Virus record (IMG/VR): IMGVR_UViG_3300039210_000318
Span: 1-64,000 of that record
DNA from: a virus
DNA: 64,000 nucleotides
Direction: 5' to 3' (one strand)
Below the pieces are notes generated by a model. It worked only from the letters and a program-made list of their open reading frames with translations. It was not told the DNA's origin and ran no database searches. The translations under genes were made by a program, and so were the position numbers. Below, piece by piece: positions 9,196 to 19,395 of this stretch (positions are counted from its first letter, which is position 1; every line of letters starts with the position of its first letter).

Positions 9196-11993
9196 GCGTC
9201 ACCTTTCGCACACCCCTGGTCCGTGTCTACGTGGACAATCAGCAAGTCACGCAGGTGCTGTCGTGTACCGTCAACCTCGGCTACGACCTGGCAACGGCGC
9301 AGGCTGAAGTGCTCTGCCCGGTGCTACCGGCGTGGGCGCAACCATGGAGCACGGTCACTATCTCGCTCGGGGCGACCGCGCACGGCCTGGCGACTCGTTT
9401 CTCCGGCTTCCTCGTGGAATTCGACTACTCGCTCTACCCGCGCGCCGTAAAGCTGGTGTGCCGGGGCATGCTCATCCTGGCCGACCGCGACCAGAACAGT
9501 ACCGTTGGCGGCACCGACATGACCCTCGGCGGAGCCGGCCAGACCGACCAGGCTATGGTCACGTCCATGCTCTCCAATGCCGGGCTGGGGGGAGCCTCCC
9601 AGCAGATCGGCGGCACCGGCAAGACGCTGGGCGCCGTCGCGACCGATCAGTTCTATTGGAATGAAGGGGAGAGCGCGCTGGCGTTCATCCAGCGGCTTGA
9701 GCAGATCTGTCTCGGCTACCGCACCTATGAGGGTCCTGGGGGGACGCTCTACCGCAGCCTGATTACGCCGGTACCGACGGCCAGCGCCGCCCTGTCCTTC
9801 ACCGAAGGCGTCGACATAGAGCGCGGCACGCACCAGGACAGCATCCTGGACGTGGCAAACCGCGCCGTGGTGTCCGGCTATGATCCCGGCGACGGCGGCG
9901 GGCCGTTCGGCTGCGTGAGCAGCGCCCCCAGCCCGTGGGTACCAAACGCCGGTTACATCACTTTTCAGGTCAATAGTTCGCTCATTGAGAAGGGTCTCAT
10001 CGCTGACGCCGGCTCCGGCCTGGCCTGCGAGGACGTGGCCGACTGGCAATTGGCGGTGCGGAACCGGCGCACCTACAAGGTGCAATTCACGACCCCCAGG
10101 GATGACCTGCTGGTCCCCGGCATGACCATCGGCGTGTCGAGCGGGCGCCTCAACGCCCAAACCAACTACTGGCTGCAACACGTGGACGTGTCGGTAGACG
10201 AGCAGGGGCAGTTCAGCCAGGTGGTGACCGGTGTCACCGGGTTGGGCGGCGGCGGTCCTATCACCGTGCCACAGAACCCGCTCGTTGACTTTTCCATGAC
10301 GCTGGAGAGCGAGTCCGTGCTCGTCGCCGGGGTGGCTACCGTGCTCTATCTGGTCTCGTGTACGGCCTTGCCCATGCCCACCTCGGCGCCGATTACGACC
10401 TACGCCTGGACGGCTGCCGGCGGCGGGGTACCGGCGAGCGGCAGCAAGACCACGTTTACCGTCGCGTTTACGTCCCTCGCCAGCGCCAGCATCACGCTCC
10501 TCATCACGGACAGCGGCGGCAATACCGGCACTGTCACGAAGGCCCCCCCGGCGGCAACGGCGGCGGTCTACGCCAACCGCAAGCTCTACACCGCCGAGCC
10601 GACCCAGGCAGCGGAATTCACCGGGACGGCATGGGTAACGACAGCCCTGGCCGGCTGCGACGCCGTGGCGAACGCCCCGTGCTGGGCCAGCGGTGGAAAC
10701 TTCCTGGGCAGCGTTGATGACATGGCGACCACCTTCACCTCTACCGCTCCCTCCACCGTAGGCACCATCAATGCCATCTGGGTAGAGACGGACGTGCTGT
10801 CCAGCCGGGTGCTGATCGGTGGCAGTACCGGCAACCTGGCCCTGAGCGCCGATGGCGGGCAAACCTGGCTGGCCGTCGCCGGCCCGGGTGGCGGCGCCAT
10901 CCTGCGCGTCGTGATCAACCGCTTCCTCACGAGCCAGTGGTTCGTCTTGACGGCGAGCGGCCTCTACCGCACCGACAACGCCGGGGGAGGCTGGCTCACC
11001 ACGCAGGCAGCCCAGGCAGGCGAGACCTTCGTGGAATACTCGGCGGGGGCGAACCGGGGGATGATCGGGATGCGCGGCGGGCGCATGCTGATCGACCGGG
11101 ATAGCGGGACCACGCAGACCTTCAGCGGAGCAACCGGGACCACGGGCATCGTGGCGGTGACAGCCGACATCAAGGAGGATCGCTTCTACGCGCTGAACCA
11201 GGCGGGGCAGGGCTACTATCACAGCGCCGCCGGGGGCAACGCCCTGGCGTCTGGTGCGCTCGCGCCGGCCGTCCCGGTTGACCGCGGCCTCTGGCGGGAC
11301 GGCGCCCTACGCGACCTGCTCTACATGGCGTGCGGTACCGGCGGCCTCTACAAAAGCGTGGACGGCTTGCAAAGTGTCGGCGGCTTCTACTTGCTTCGCA
11401 CGGCAGCCGTCAACGCCGTGGGCATCGACGGGCTGTTGTCCAACGGCCCGACCTGCGCCGCTCTGACTGGCAATCAATACCTCCGTTGCGAGGCGGACAC
11501 CTATAGCAGCGAACCGGCCTCGCAGATCGTCGCGTCAACGACCACCATCCTCCAGGCGTTGTGGAACGGGACCAGCAATAATGCCCCGCCTTCCGGCTGG
11601 CAGACGGTGGGCTTCAACGACTCGGCCTGGGTGACTTTCACCGATGCGACGACGGCTTCCGGCGGCGGCGATACCTGGTGGGGGCCGTTCGGCCCCTACC
11701 CCAGGGGCGTCTGGAATGTGGCAAACAGCGGACCAGCGGCGGCGCAGGTCATATTCCGGCAGCACTTTACGATGACCAAGAAGCCAAACTCCGTGTTGCT
11801 CGGCCTGGACGGGCCGGGAGCCGACGTCTACATCAACGGCCTGTTGGTGTTTAGCAACCTCGCTACCAGCGGCTCGTTCACGGTCCCGGCGTCGGTATTC
11901 AAGTGCGGGGCCAACGTCATTGCCGTTTGGTCAGGGAAGGGAGCCGCTGGCTCGCCGTTCCGTTTCGCCTCTTGGCAACTCAGCTTCTCGTAG
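9192..11993 (+). CDS. Baseplate hub/tail tip protein with BNR-repeat and beta-sandwich C-terminal domains
   Basis: Hub-like N-terminus (GESALAFIQRL), Asp-box S.DGG.TW motifs, C-terminal jelly-roll-like segment (WQTVGFNDSAW, VYING). Confidence 0.7.
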   Translation: MSVTFRTPLVRVYVDNQQVTQVLSCTVNLGYDLATAQAEVLCPVLPAWAQPWSTVTISLGATAHGLATRFSGFLVEFDYSLYPRAVKLVCRGMLILADRDQNSTVGGTDMTLGGAGQTDQAMVTSMLSNAGLGGASQQIGGTGKTLGAVATDQFYWNEGESALAFIQRLEQICLGYRTYEGPGGTLYRSLITPVPTASAALSFTEGVDIERGTHQDSILDVANRAVVSGYDPGDGGGPFGCVSSAPSPWVPNAGYITFQVNSSLIEKGLIADAGSGLACEDVADWQLAVRNRRTYKVQFTTPRDDLLVPGMTIGVSSGRLNAQTNYWLQHVDVSVDEQGQFSQVVTGVTGLGGGGPITVPQNPLVDFSMTLESESVLVAGVATVLYLVSCTALPMPTSAPITTYAWTAAGGGVPASGSKTTFTVAFTSLASASITLLITDSGGNTGTVTKAPPAATAAVYANRKLYTAEPTQAAEFTGTAWVTTALAGCDAVANAPCWASGGNFLGSVDDMATTFTSTAPSTVGTINAIWVETDVLSSRVLIGGSTGNLALSADGGQTWLAVAGPGGGAILRVVINRFLTSQWFVLTASGLYRTDNAGGGWLTTQAAQAGETFVEYSAGANRGMIGMRGGRMLIDRDSGTTQTFSGATGTTGIVAVTADIKEDRFYALNQAGQGYYHSAAGGNALASGALAPAVPVDRGLWRDGALRDLLYMACGTGGLYKSVDGLQSVGGFYLLRTAAVNAVGIDGLLSNGPTCAALTGNQYLRCEADTYSSEPASQIVASTTTILQALWNGTSNNAPPSGWQTVGFNDSAWVTFTDATTASGGGDTWWGPFGPYPRGVWNVANSGPAAAQVIFRQHFTMTKKPNSVLLGLDGPGADVYINGLLVFSNLATSGSFTVPASVFKCGANVIAVWSGKGAAGSPFRFASWQLSFS

Positions 11994-11997
11994 GGGC

Positions 11998-14538
11998 ATG
12001 GACATGGAACCGCAGCAGTCTCAACTCAGTGGAAGCACGCTCACGCCTTCCGGTGGCGGCGGCGGTGGAGCGCCGGCCAGCGCGGCCTCGGCGTTAGGGG
12101 TAATGTGGCGCTCGCTCTATGCCCGCGTGCAGGAGATGATCGACGCCAGCATCCAGGCATACTTCGGCAATAGCTTCCGGGGGGGCAAATTCCAGGCGAG
12201 CGCCCTCACCGGCACGCTGCCTCCTAGTGTGGGTTTCAAGAACCCGATGACGACGTCAGGCGACCTTATCACGGGAGGGACGGCAGGCGTACCGGCGCGC
12301 CTGGGGATTGGCGCCAACACGCAGGTGCTCACGAGTAACGGCACAGCCGCGGCGTGGGCAACCCCGACGCCGCCAGGTATGACCAATCCCATGACCCAGC
12401 CAGGCGACCTGATCGCCGGGGGCACGGCCGGCGCGCCGGGACGGCTGGCGAGCACGGCGATGGGGCGGGAGTTGGGCCTGGTTAGCGGCGCGCCGTACCT
12501 CGGCGCCCCCGCCGCGCCAACCGTCAACACGGCGACCACCGGGGGGACGGTGGGGGCCTTTTCCGGCTACGCCACTGTCACCTACGTCAACGCACAGGGC
12601 GAGACCACGGCATCAGCGAACACCTTGATTAGCCTCTCCGGCTCCACTAACGTCATCACCATCGTCTCTCCCTCTGCCTCTGGCACCGGGAGTCAGGCGG
12701 CGACGGCTTACTACGTCTACATGACCAAAGGCGACGGCAGCGGCTTCCCCTGGTTCCTGCAGCAGGCGGCGGGTAGCCCAACCCCGCTCGGTACCAACTA
12801 CGTGATGAGCGCCCAGCCGAACCAGACCGGCGCGGCGCAACCGGCATCCAATACGGCCGGCTCAGCCATCCCGGCATGGATCGTGCCGCCGACGAGCGGG
12901 CTAGTCGACCCCATGACCACGCGCGGCGACCTGATTGCCCGGTTGGCCGGGGGGACGGGCAGGTTGGCGCTCGGGGCGAGCGGCTACGTCCTGACCAGCA
13001 ACGGCACGGATGCGGTGTGGGCAGCGGCCACCGGCGGCTTCACTAATCCTATGACCACGCTGGGAGACACGATCATCGGCGGCGCGGCCGGCGCAGCCAC
13101 GCGGCTGCCGATCGGCACCACTGGACAGGTGTTGTCGGTGGTGTCCGGTAGCCCGGCCTGGGCGGCGGCCAGCGGTGGGGGAGGTAGCACGTCGGTAGTC
13201 CCGGCAACCTACTCCGTCATCTTGACCGCAGGGGCAGCGGTGACAGATAGCTCGACGGCTTACGACATGCCCGGCTTGTCTATTGCCAACGTGCCGGTCG
13301 GCACCTACCACTTCTCGCTGTCCATTCTGGCCGGGACAAAGAGCGGCGGGTATGGCGTCAATATCACTGATGGGTCCAATACGAACCTCTGGCCCACGGC
13401 GACCGCGGAGCGCTTCGAGACCTTCACCGACAGTGACGGCTTCGTACAAATGGTGCAGTCCGGCATCTTCACAACGACGGCGGCGGGCACGGTGAAGGTG
13501 CGGGCGGCTGCGTCTGCTGCCGTTGGCAACTACACGGTCTATGACCGCCAACTCACGCTGTTGAACCTGTCTGCTGGCGGCGGGGGCACCGGGGGCATGG
13601 TCCCCCTCCAGGAGATTGTGCTGACCGCGGCTCAGGCGACCATCGCCTTTAGCAGCATCCCGGCGACCTACCGCAACCTCCGAGTGACCTGGCAGGCCCG
13701 CACTACATCAACCTCTAACGGGGACGATGACCTGCGCTTGACAGTCAACGGGGACACCGCAGCGCACTACCTTGATATCTACGACGCCGGGAACGGCTCG
13801 TCGGCGCTGTCCGGCTCGGCTGGACCGGTGGCCTTTTCCCGCGTGGGCCATGTGGCGGGCGGCAGCAGCACCGCGGGATACCCCGGCAACGGCTCGTTGC
13901 TCATCCCGAACTACACCTCAACTGTCTTTGACAAGACGTGGGAGGCGCACTCCTACGGTGCGCCCGGTCTGTACTGGCTGGATTTCGGCGGGCTGTGGCA
14001 GAGCACCGTGGCGATTAACGCCCTCACGTTTGCTCTCTCTGCCGGCAACTTCGCCATCGGGACGGTCTTCACGCTATGGGCAGATGCGAGCACGCCCAGT
14101 AGCGGTACCGGCAGCGTCAACAAGGTGCAGTTGGACTATCAGGCCAGCGTCAACAGCACGGTTTCAAGCCTGGTGGCGAATACCTGGACGACCATCTTTC
14201 CCGTCCAGTCGTTCAATGTAGACCTGGCTGGCAGCATCATCGAGGTAGATGTGGGTGGGTTCATCCAGATCGGGAATAACGCCACCTCCACGACTATGTT
14301 TGCTCGCTTGATTGTGGACAGCACCACCTATTCGACGCTCTCTGGCACCTATATCGGCGGCTCGACATGGGGCAACGCGCTCTCCGGTGCGAGCACGAAG
14401 ATATTGACCGGGTTGTCGGTAGGGTCACACACGATCAACGTGCAATTCTTTACCGACCAGAACACCTCCGTTATCGCTGATGTAAGCAGCGGCGTCTATC
14501 GGAGTTTTGCCATCCGGGTCCTGGAGCGAAAGCAGTAG
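11998..14538 (+). CDS. Tail fiber / receptor-binding protein
   Basis: Four repeats of NPMTT.GD.I.GG.AG...RL.IG; Gly/Thr/Ser-rich modular C-terminus; ATG start at 11998 preferred. Confidence 0.8.
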   Translation: MDMEPQQSQLSGSTLTPSGGGGGGAPASAASALGVMWRSLYARVQEMIDASIQAYFGNSFRGGKFQASALTGTLPPSVGFKNPMTTSGDLITGGTAGVPARLGIGANTQVLTSNGTAAAWATPTPPGMTNPMTQPGDLIAGGTAGAPGRLASTAMGRELGLVSGAPYLGAPAAPTVNTATTGGTVGAFSGYATVTYVNAQGETTASANTLISLSGSTNVITIVSPSASGTGSQAATAYYVYMTKGDGSGFPWFLQQAAGSPTPLGTNYVMSAQPNQTGAAQPASNTAGSAIPAWIVPPTSGLVDPMTTRGDLIARLAGGTGRLALGASGYVLTSNGTDAVWAAATGGFTNPMTTLGDTIIGGAAGAATRLPIGTTGQVLSVVSGSPAWAAASGGGGSTSVVPATYSVILTAGAAVTDSSTAYDMPGLSIANVPVGTYHFSLSILAGTKSGGYGVNITDGSNTNLWPTATAERFETFTDSDGFVQMVQSGIFTTTAAGTVKVRAAASAAVGNYTVYDRQLTLLNLSAGGGGTGGMVPLQEIVLTAAQATIAFSSIPATYRNLRVTWQARTTSTSNGDDDLRLTVNGDTAAHYLDIYDAGNGSSALSGSAGPVAFSRVGHVAGGSSTAGYPGNGSLLIPNYTSTVFDKTWEAHSYGAPGLYWLDFGGLWQSTVAINALTFALSAGNFAIGTVFTLWADASTPSSGTGSVNKVQLDYQASVNSTVSSLVANTWTTIFPVQSFNVDLAGSIIEVDVGGFIQIGNNATSTTMFARLIVDSTTYSTLSGTYIGGSTWGNALSGASTKILTGLSVGSHTINVQFFTDQNTSVIADVSSGVYRSFAIRVLERKQ

Positions 14539-14589
14539 CGCGCCCGTCCGCTGACATCTCCGGCAGCGGCGCCCTCCTCCGCTCGTAGG

Positions 14590-14907
14590 GTGAATGACAA
14601 CGAAGGAGGAACGTTTATGACACCCATGCGCTACCCGGAAGACTACGATCTAGAGCCGTCGGACCGTCCGACAACCGACGTGCCGTTGACCCTCATGGAG
14701 GTCATGTGCCTGCAAGACATGACCCGGAACAGTCAGACCTATGACGGCTGGTACGTCGGCGGTCCGCTGAACGACAAGCTGGCCGAGGCCAAGCGGTCGC
14801 TGCAGTACCAACACCACCTACAGCGCCGTCCCGCGCTCGCCGCGGAATTGGCGTCCATCCTGAGCGGCGCGTTCGCCGTCGCGGAGGCGTCTCCTCCCGG
14901 CGACTAG
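14590..14907 (+). CDS. Hypothetical protein
   Basis: Strong RBS AAGGAGG before the ATG at 14617 (likely true start). Confidence 0.6.
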   Translation: MNDNEGGTFMTPMRYPEDYDLEPSDRPTTDVPLTLMEVMCLQDMTRNSQTYDGWYVGGPLNDKLAEAKRSLQYQHHLQRRPALAAELASILSGAFAVAEASPPGD

Positions 14908-15425
14908 TGGCGCGCCGCTCCCCTACGCTGGAGACCCCCCTTGCCATGCCCCCTCTCACCGACTTCAACTTCGCGTTTTCCGGCGTGGCCGGCGTCGCCA
15001 TTGGGGGGGCACTCGCCTTCCTGAACGGACGCGCAACCCGGCGAGCCGACTCCATCGAAGCCATCGTCAAAGAGCGCACCGCCGCCGTCCATAGCGATGC
15101 CCAGGACGCCGCGGAAGTAGCCACCGCCGCCATTACGTCCGCCGATGCGAAAGCGGCCAGGCTGGATAAGGCGTACTGGACGCTCGTAGAGGAAATCCAG
15201 GGGGAGCAGGTCCGGCTACGCGGCGAATTGCTCGCCGTGCGCGCCGAGATCGCCGCGCTGCGCGCCAGCGAAGGCAGCCTCCTTGAACAGAACGCCGCGC
15301 TGCGCAGCGAAAACAACGCCTTGCGGGCCCGGGTGCTCGAGCTGGAGCGCCAGATGAACCTGCGCTCCGATTCCACGACGTCGACCACTACCACAACCGC
15401 GACCGCTACGACGGTCGTGTCCTAA
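14907..15425 (+). CDS. Membrane-anchored coiled-coil protein (lysis-associated, putative)
   Basis: N-terminal TM segment (FAFSGVAGVAIGGALAFL) followed by a heptad coiled coil; upstream of the endolysin. Confidence 0.5.
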   Translation: MARRSPTLETPLAMPPLTDFNFAFSGVAGVAIGGALAFLNGRATRRADSIEAIVKERTAAVHSDAQDAAEVATAAITSADAKAARLDKAYWTLVEEIQGEQVRLRGELLAVRAEIAALRASEGSLLEQNAALRSENNALRARVLELERQMNLRSDSTTSTTTTTATATTVVS

Positions 15426-15442
15426 GAGCGAAAGGACCCGCT

Positions 15443-15649
15443 ATGCCTGACCCGTTGCGCGGTACCTGCGATACCTGCAGGGAGCCGGACCTGGCCGTGT
15501 GGCTCCTCGTGAGTCCCATGGGTAAAACCTACCGGCGCTGCGAGGGGTGCCTCCCCCCGGTGGCCCTGAATATCGTCTCGCGTTCGGCGGCGAGCCTGGC
15601 GGCGAGCCGGGGCTTGCGTTTGCTCCGTGGCGGCCGTGCCGCAGCCTAG
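15443..15649 (+). CDS. Small Zn-finger-like protein
   Basis: CDTC...CEGC; RBS GAAAGGA. Confidence 0.4.
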   Translation: MPDPLRGTCDTCREPDLAVWLLVSPMGKTYRRCEGCLPPVALNIVSRSAASLAASRGLRLLRGGRAAA

Positions 15650-16892
15650 CACCCGCTACCTGCTGAACATCCAGCCAGAAACGCTCGTGTCCGGAGACCC
15701 GGCATTGCTGGCGGCAGCGGTAGACGGCGCCGTCTGGATCGTCCAGCCCTGGACGGAGCAGACGGCGCGTACCCTGCGCGACCGCTGGCCGGGCACGCAT
15801 CTGGTGCGTCCGTACCCGGCGCCGTGGGACGGCTTCGATTGCTCGGGCTGGGACGGCATCATCCTGGGCAACGAGCCGAACCTCCCCCCCGCCGACGAGG
15901 CCGACTCCTGGGGCGCCGACCCCGCCGGCTACGTCACCGCCAGGCTGGCCGTCCTGGCCAGCCTGCGGCGCGCCACCCCCGGCGCGCGCTTCCTCCCCCC
16001 GGCTGTCGCGCCGGTAGGGCGTTGGGAGGATGCCCTGGCCCTGCTCGCGCCGCTGGTACGGGCGTGCGGCGTCGGGAACGTCCATCGTTACCACGGCCAG
16101 GACGGCCTGCCGACCGCCCGCACGGTGCTCCCCGGCATCGCTGAGTGGTGGGTAACAGAGCAAAACTGGCCGGGTGGGGACTGGCTCTGGCAAACGGGAG
16201 ATGCCGCGGGCATCGCCGGTTTCGCCGCACGTTGGAGCGGCCATGCCGCTGCCGGGCTGGACGCTCTCGCCCAGCCATCAGTACTCGCCCGCTTCGCGGC
16301 GGTGCGCCAGGAAAGGGATACTCCCGTGTTGCACGTGCCTACTGCTTTTGATACCCAGATTGGCCCGGATGGTTCCGGACACGACCGCTGCGCCGAAGCC
16401 TGCATGGCGTCCACTTTGCTCGATCCGGGGGGCTGGCAGAGCGACCCCTACCAACTGCTGCTGGCCGTCACGGACAAGAGCAACACGCTGCGGGCTGCTG
16501 CCGGCGACGCCTCGCGCGTCGAGACCAGCGGCACGACCAGCGCGCAATTGATCTCCCTGGCCCAGAGCTACGGCTTCCAGGCGCAGACATGGACGGACTG
16601 GCAGGAAGGCGTGGACGCCCTCGCCGCCGGTAAGGTGGTGCTCTGCCTCAATATGAACGCGCTGCTGCGCCCGACCAACTACCCGGCGACGGCGGGCTGG
16701 TTTGCCGAGCATTGGGTGCGCCTGCGCCAGGTTGTGGACGGCGACTATTGCTTGCTGTTTGACCCGCTAACCTACGTGCCGCAAGCGGACGGCACCGTGT
16801 ATCAGGGTCCGACCATCCAGACCATTGCCAGCCTCCAGGCGGCAATCCAGGCCACTCCGAACGCGGAGGCCGGCATCCTGGTTTGGAGGTAG
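15627..16892 (+). CDS. Endolysin-like protein: GH-A clan glycoside hydrolase-like + C39-like peptidase
   Basis: IILGNEPN and WVTE motifs; C-terminal LHVP...Q...RCAEAC...EHWV...DPL. Confidence 0.6.
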   Translation: MAAVPQPSTRYLLNIQPETLVSGDPALLAAAVDGAVWIVQPWTEQTARTLRDRWPGTHLVRPYPAPWDGFDCSGWDGIILGNEPNLPPADEADSWGADPAGYVTARLAVLASLRRATPGARFLPPAVAPVGRWEDALALLAPLVRACGVGNVHRYHGQDGLPTARTVLPGIAEWWVTEQNWPGGDWLWQTGDAAGIAGFAARWSGHAAAGLDALAQPSVLARFAAVRQERDTPVLHVPTAFDTQIGPDGSGHDRCAEACMASTLLDPGGWQSDPYQLLLAVTDKSNTLRAAAGDASRVETSGTTSAQLISLAQSYGFQAQTWTDWQEGVDALAAGKVVLCLNMNALLRPTNYPATAGWFAEHWVRLRQVVDGDYCLLFDPLTYVPQADGTVYQGPTIQTIASLQAAIQATPNAEAGILVWR

Positions 16893-16895
16893 CCC

Positions 16896-17348
16896 ATGGT
16901 GGCCTGCCTCCCGACCCCACCACGCAGCCGCCTCCTGTGGCTGCTCTGCCTCCTGGCGGTGCTCTGGACGCTCTGGCGCGTTGCGCCGGCGCATGCCGCC
17001 GGCCAGACCAGCGCCGCTCCTAACCCGTTTCCCTGGGGCCAATGCACCTGGTGGGCTGCCCAGGAACGCCCCGACCTGATTGGCGCGGTCTGGGGAGACG
17101 CCGAGGCATGGGCATGGGAGGCCGGCGCCGCCGGGCGGCGCGTGGATACCTCCCCGGCGCCGGGGGCCATCCTGGTGCTACCGGCGTGGTCCTTCGGCGC
17201 CTGGGGCGCCGGGCACGTCGCCTACGTGGTCGCCGTTGGCCGGCTCGGCTGGGTGCTCGTCTCCGAGATGGACTGGCAACCCTGGGGGCCAGGCGTCAAC
17301 GACTACCGCTGGGTCTGGACCGGCTGGGGCGTGTCCTACATCCATTAG
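16896..17348 (+). CDS. CHAP-domain amidase with N-terminal signal/TM segment
   Basis: FPWGQCTWWA, WGDA..W, GHVAYV, VSEM motifs. Confidence 0.85.
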   Translation: MVACLPTPPRSRLLWLLCLLAVLWTLWRVAPAHAAGQTSAAPNPFPWGQCTWWAAQERPDLIGAVWGDAEAWAWEAGAAGRRVDTSPAPGAILVLPAWSFGAWGAGHVAYVVAVGRLGWVLVSEMDWQPWGPGVNDYRWVWTGWGVSYIH

Positions 17349-17379
17349 CATGTGCCCGCCCGGCACAGAAAGTACTAAC

Positions 17380-18162
17380 GTGATCGCCCTCGTGCTCGTG
17401 CCGTCCAGCGGCAACCTCGTCGGCACGCTGATCGCCGCCGGGGGGCGAGATCCCATCGTGCATATCGCCATCGACATGGGCGACGGCACGGTGATCGAGG
17501 AGCGTGGGAACGGCCTCACCAGGTCGCCGGCTACCGTCTACGACTCCTCCTTCCGGCGCTGGGCCTTGTCGCTCACGCCGGAGCAGGAGCAGGAGATGCA
17601 CTCCTACCTGGTGGCTCGGCTGGTGTTGGACGCTGTTGATCGACAGTCGCCCGGGCCGCAGGCGTTGCGCTACGACTACCTCCAGGTGGTCCTGGACGGG
17701 TGGAACCTGCTCACCGGGCAGGAGCGGTGTAGCCCGTTGAAAGGACGAGCCGATTGCAGCGGCATAGCGGCAGAGGCGTGCGCGGCGGTGGGCTACTGGC
17801 CCATGCCGTTCCCGTTGCGTCTGGCGGCGGCGGTGCGTCCCGACCAGTGGCACGACATTGTGGACGGCCGGCCGCTGCGCGGTGGCCGGCTGCCTGATAT
17901 GAGCGGAGTAGTGATGCTGATACCCAGACCGTACCTGTTGCTGGCCGAGAGTGTCGGCGTGGGCGTGCTCGCTGCCGGCGGGGATGCCGTGCAGACTCAT
18001 CTGCTGAACGCGACCAGCGTGCCGACCCTTCAGACGGTGGGCGGCTGGTTCGTGGCCGGCGCGCTGTCCTGGGCGGTGGCAAACCTGCGCTCCACCTATG
18101 CCACGCTGCTGGCCGGGGGCACGAAAACGGCGGGGGCCAGCCCCGTACCAACCCCCCGGTAG
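17380..18162 (+). CDS. Permuted papain-like (YaeF/YiiX, C92-like) protein fused in frame to a holin-like hydrophobic tail
   Basis: VHIAID.GDG.VIE, YDY, DCSGI; last ~83 aa has two hydrophobic helices and a possible own start at 17914. Confidence 0.55.
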   Translation: MIALVLVPSSGNLVGTLIAAGGRDPIVHIAIDMGDGTVIEERGNGLTRSPATVYDSSFRRWALSLTPEQEQEMHSYLVARLVLDAVDRQSPGPQALRYDYLQVVLDGWNLLTGQERCSPLKGRADCSGIAAEACAAVGYWPMPFPLRLAAAVRPDQWHDIVDGRPLRGGRLPDMSGVVMLIPRPYLLLAESVGVGVLAAGGDAVQTHLLNATSVPTLQTVGGWFVAGALSWAVANLRSTYATLLAGGTKTAGASPVPTPR

Positions 18163-18240
18163 GACGGAGCCGGCTCCCCGCCGGCCTCGGTAAAGCGCTG
18201 TGCCCCGCTTGTCAGACGGGGGCCAGGCGCAAGGCCACGC

Positions 18241-18498
18241 TTAGCTGGTGTTCCCTGCCAGCATGGCCTTGGTCTTGACGGCGCGCGTCTGCTGCACTGC
18301 CATTTGCAGTTGCGAGCAGAGGGTGCCGAGGCTCTCCATCTGGGTCATTAGGGGACCCGACTGGAATGCTTCGAAGTCGGGGTGCGTCCGAATGCCGGGA
18401 TCGTTGAGGACGCCAGTTAGCTGGTTCATCCCCGTATCGATCTGCCGGATTGTCCGCTCGACATCTTGCTGCCAGTAGGGACCTAGAGCTTGCGCCAC
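18241..18498 (-). CDS. Hypothetical protein
   Basis: GTG start after AAGGAGG on the minus strand; 85 aa helical protein. Confidence 0.5.
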   Translation of the reverse strand: MAQALGPYWQQDVERTIRQIDTGMNQLTGVLNDPGIRTHPDFEAFQSGPLMTQMESLGTLCSQLQMAVQQTRAVKTKAMLAGNTS

Positions 18499-18617
18499 GA
18501 GGCCTCCTTCCCGTCCGGCCTGGGTGGCCGTCCGTCTGTTGTCTGACCGTCCCCCCCATGAGCACGGTTCTGACACAGGGATCATACCGTACCGGAGCAC
18601 AGTACGGTACCCCCCCG

Positions 18618-18791
18618 TTAAAAGGCAGCAGCCAGGGCCAGGGCGACCAGCGTGCAGAGCATGGCCCAGGCCACCGCCGACGCCCAGACCCACCCCCACA
18701 TTACGCCGGCCAGCCCCAGCAGCACCGTCACTGCCCAATAGAGCGAGAGCCAGGTAGACGCCACCCGGCGCCGGCCGCGCTGGCTGTTCAT
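18618..18791 (-). CDS. Small two-TM membrane protein
   Basis: MNSQRGRRRVASTWLSLYWAVTVLLGLAGVMWGWVWASAVAW...; read by hand. Confidence 0.4.
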   Translation of the reverse strand: MNSQRGRRRVASTWLSLYWAVTVLLGLAGVMWGWVWASAVAWAMLCTLVALALAAAF

Positions 18792-18933
18792 GGCCGATGC
18801 CCGAAGTTCGTACTGTCCTCCGCAACCCCCCCGGCGTGCGGTGCTACGTGCTGCTGCTGGCGGGGTAGCCGGTACCGGGGGGAGTGGGAGGGCAAAAGGC
18901 CGTGTGAGGCAACGTCAAGCGTTTCTGGCGCTT

Positions 18934-19395
18934 TCATGCTGCGCTGTCTGTGGCTGCCGGGGTGGCTACCGGCTGCTTGTGGCGGGTGATGCGCAGGCCC
19001 CCGGCGCGGGTGCTCTCGGTGCGGCAGGCTTCGAGGGAGGCGGCTATCTCGCTCTCGCCGGCAGCAACGAGGGAGTGCATGAGCGCGTCGGTGCGCTTGC
19101 GGTCGTAGGTGGTGGTACGCGCCGGCTGCTGCCAGGCGAACTCGCCGTACCAGGGGAAGTCGTGGTTCTTGCCGGAGGCCTGTAGCAACGCCTCGGCCAG
19201 CTTCCGCATGGTGGCCCGGCAGCGGTCTATCGGCTCGCAGGCGGCGTCCAGGGCGGCTAGCACCACGGCGCAGCGTTCGATGGCTGCGCCGGGATCGATG
19301 AGGCCGTCGCCCCACAATGAGAAGCCGTCGATGGCGTCCAGCTCGAGTGTGTCAACGAGCGCGGCGTTGACGATCGTGTCCTGGTCCTGGGTCAT
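18934..19395 (-). CDS. Hypothetical protein
   Basis: 153 aa, translationally coupled to the upstream paralog; RBS GAAAGGA. Confidence 0.6.
   Translation of the reverse strand: MTQDQDTIVNAALVDTLELDAIDGFSLWGDGLIDPGAAIERCAVVLAALDAACEPIDRCRATMRKLAEALLQASGKNHDFPWYGEFAWQQPARTTTYDRKRTDALMHSLVAAGESEIAASLEACRTESTRAGGLRITRHKQPVATPAATDSAA

Noticed and set aside
2714-11222. Long minus-strand ORFs (2714-4627, 4870-6723, 9324-11222)
   Set aside because: These are antisense shadows of well-supported structural genes, expected at high GC.
11998-14538. Diversity-generating retroelement targeting the tail fiber
   Set aside because: No reverse transcriptase and no template/variable repeat pair were seen in the window.
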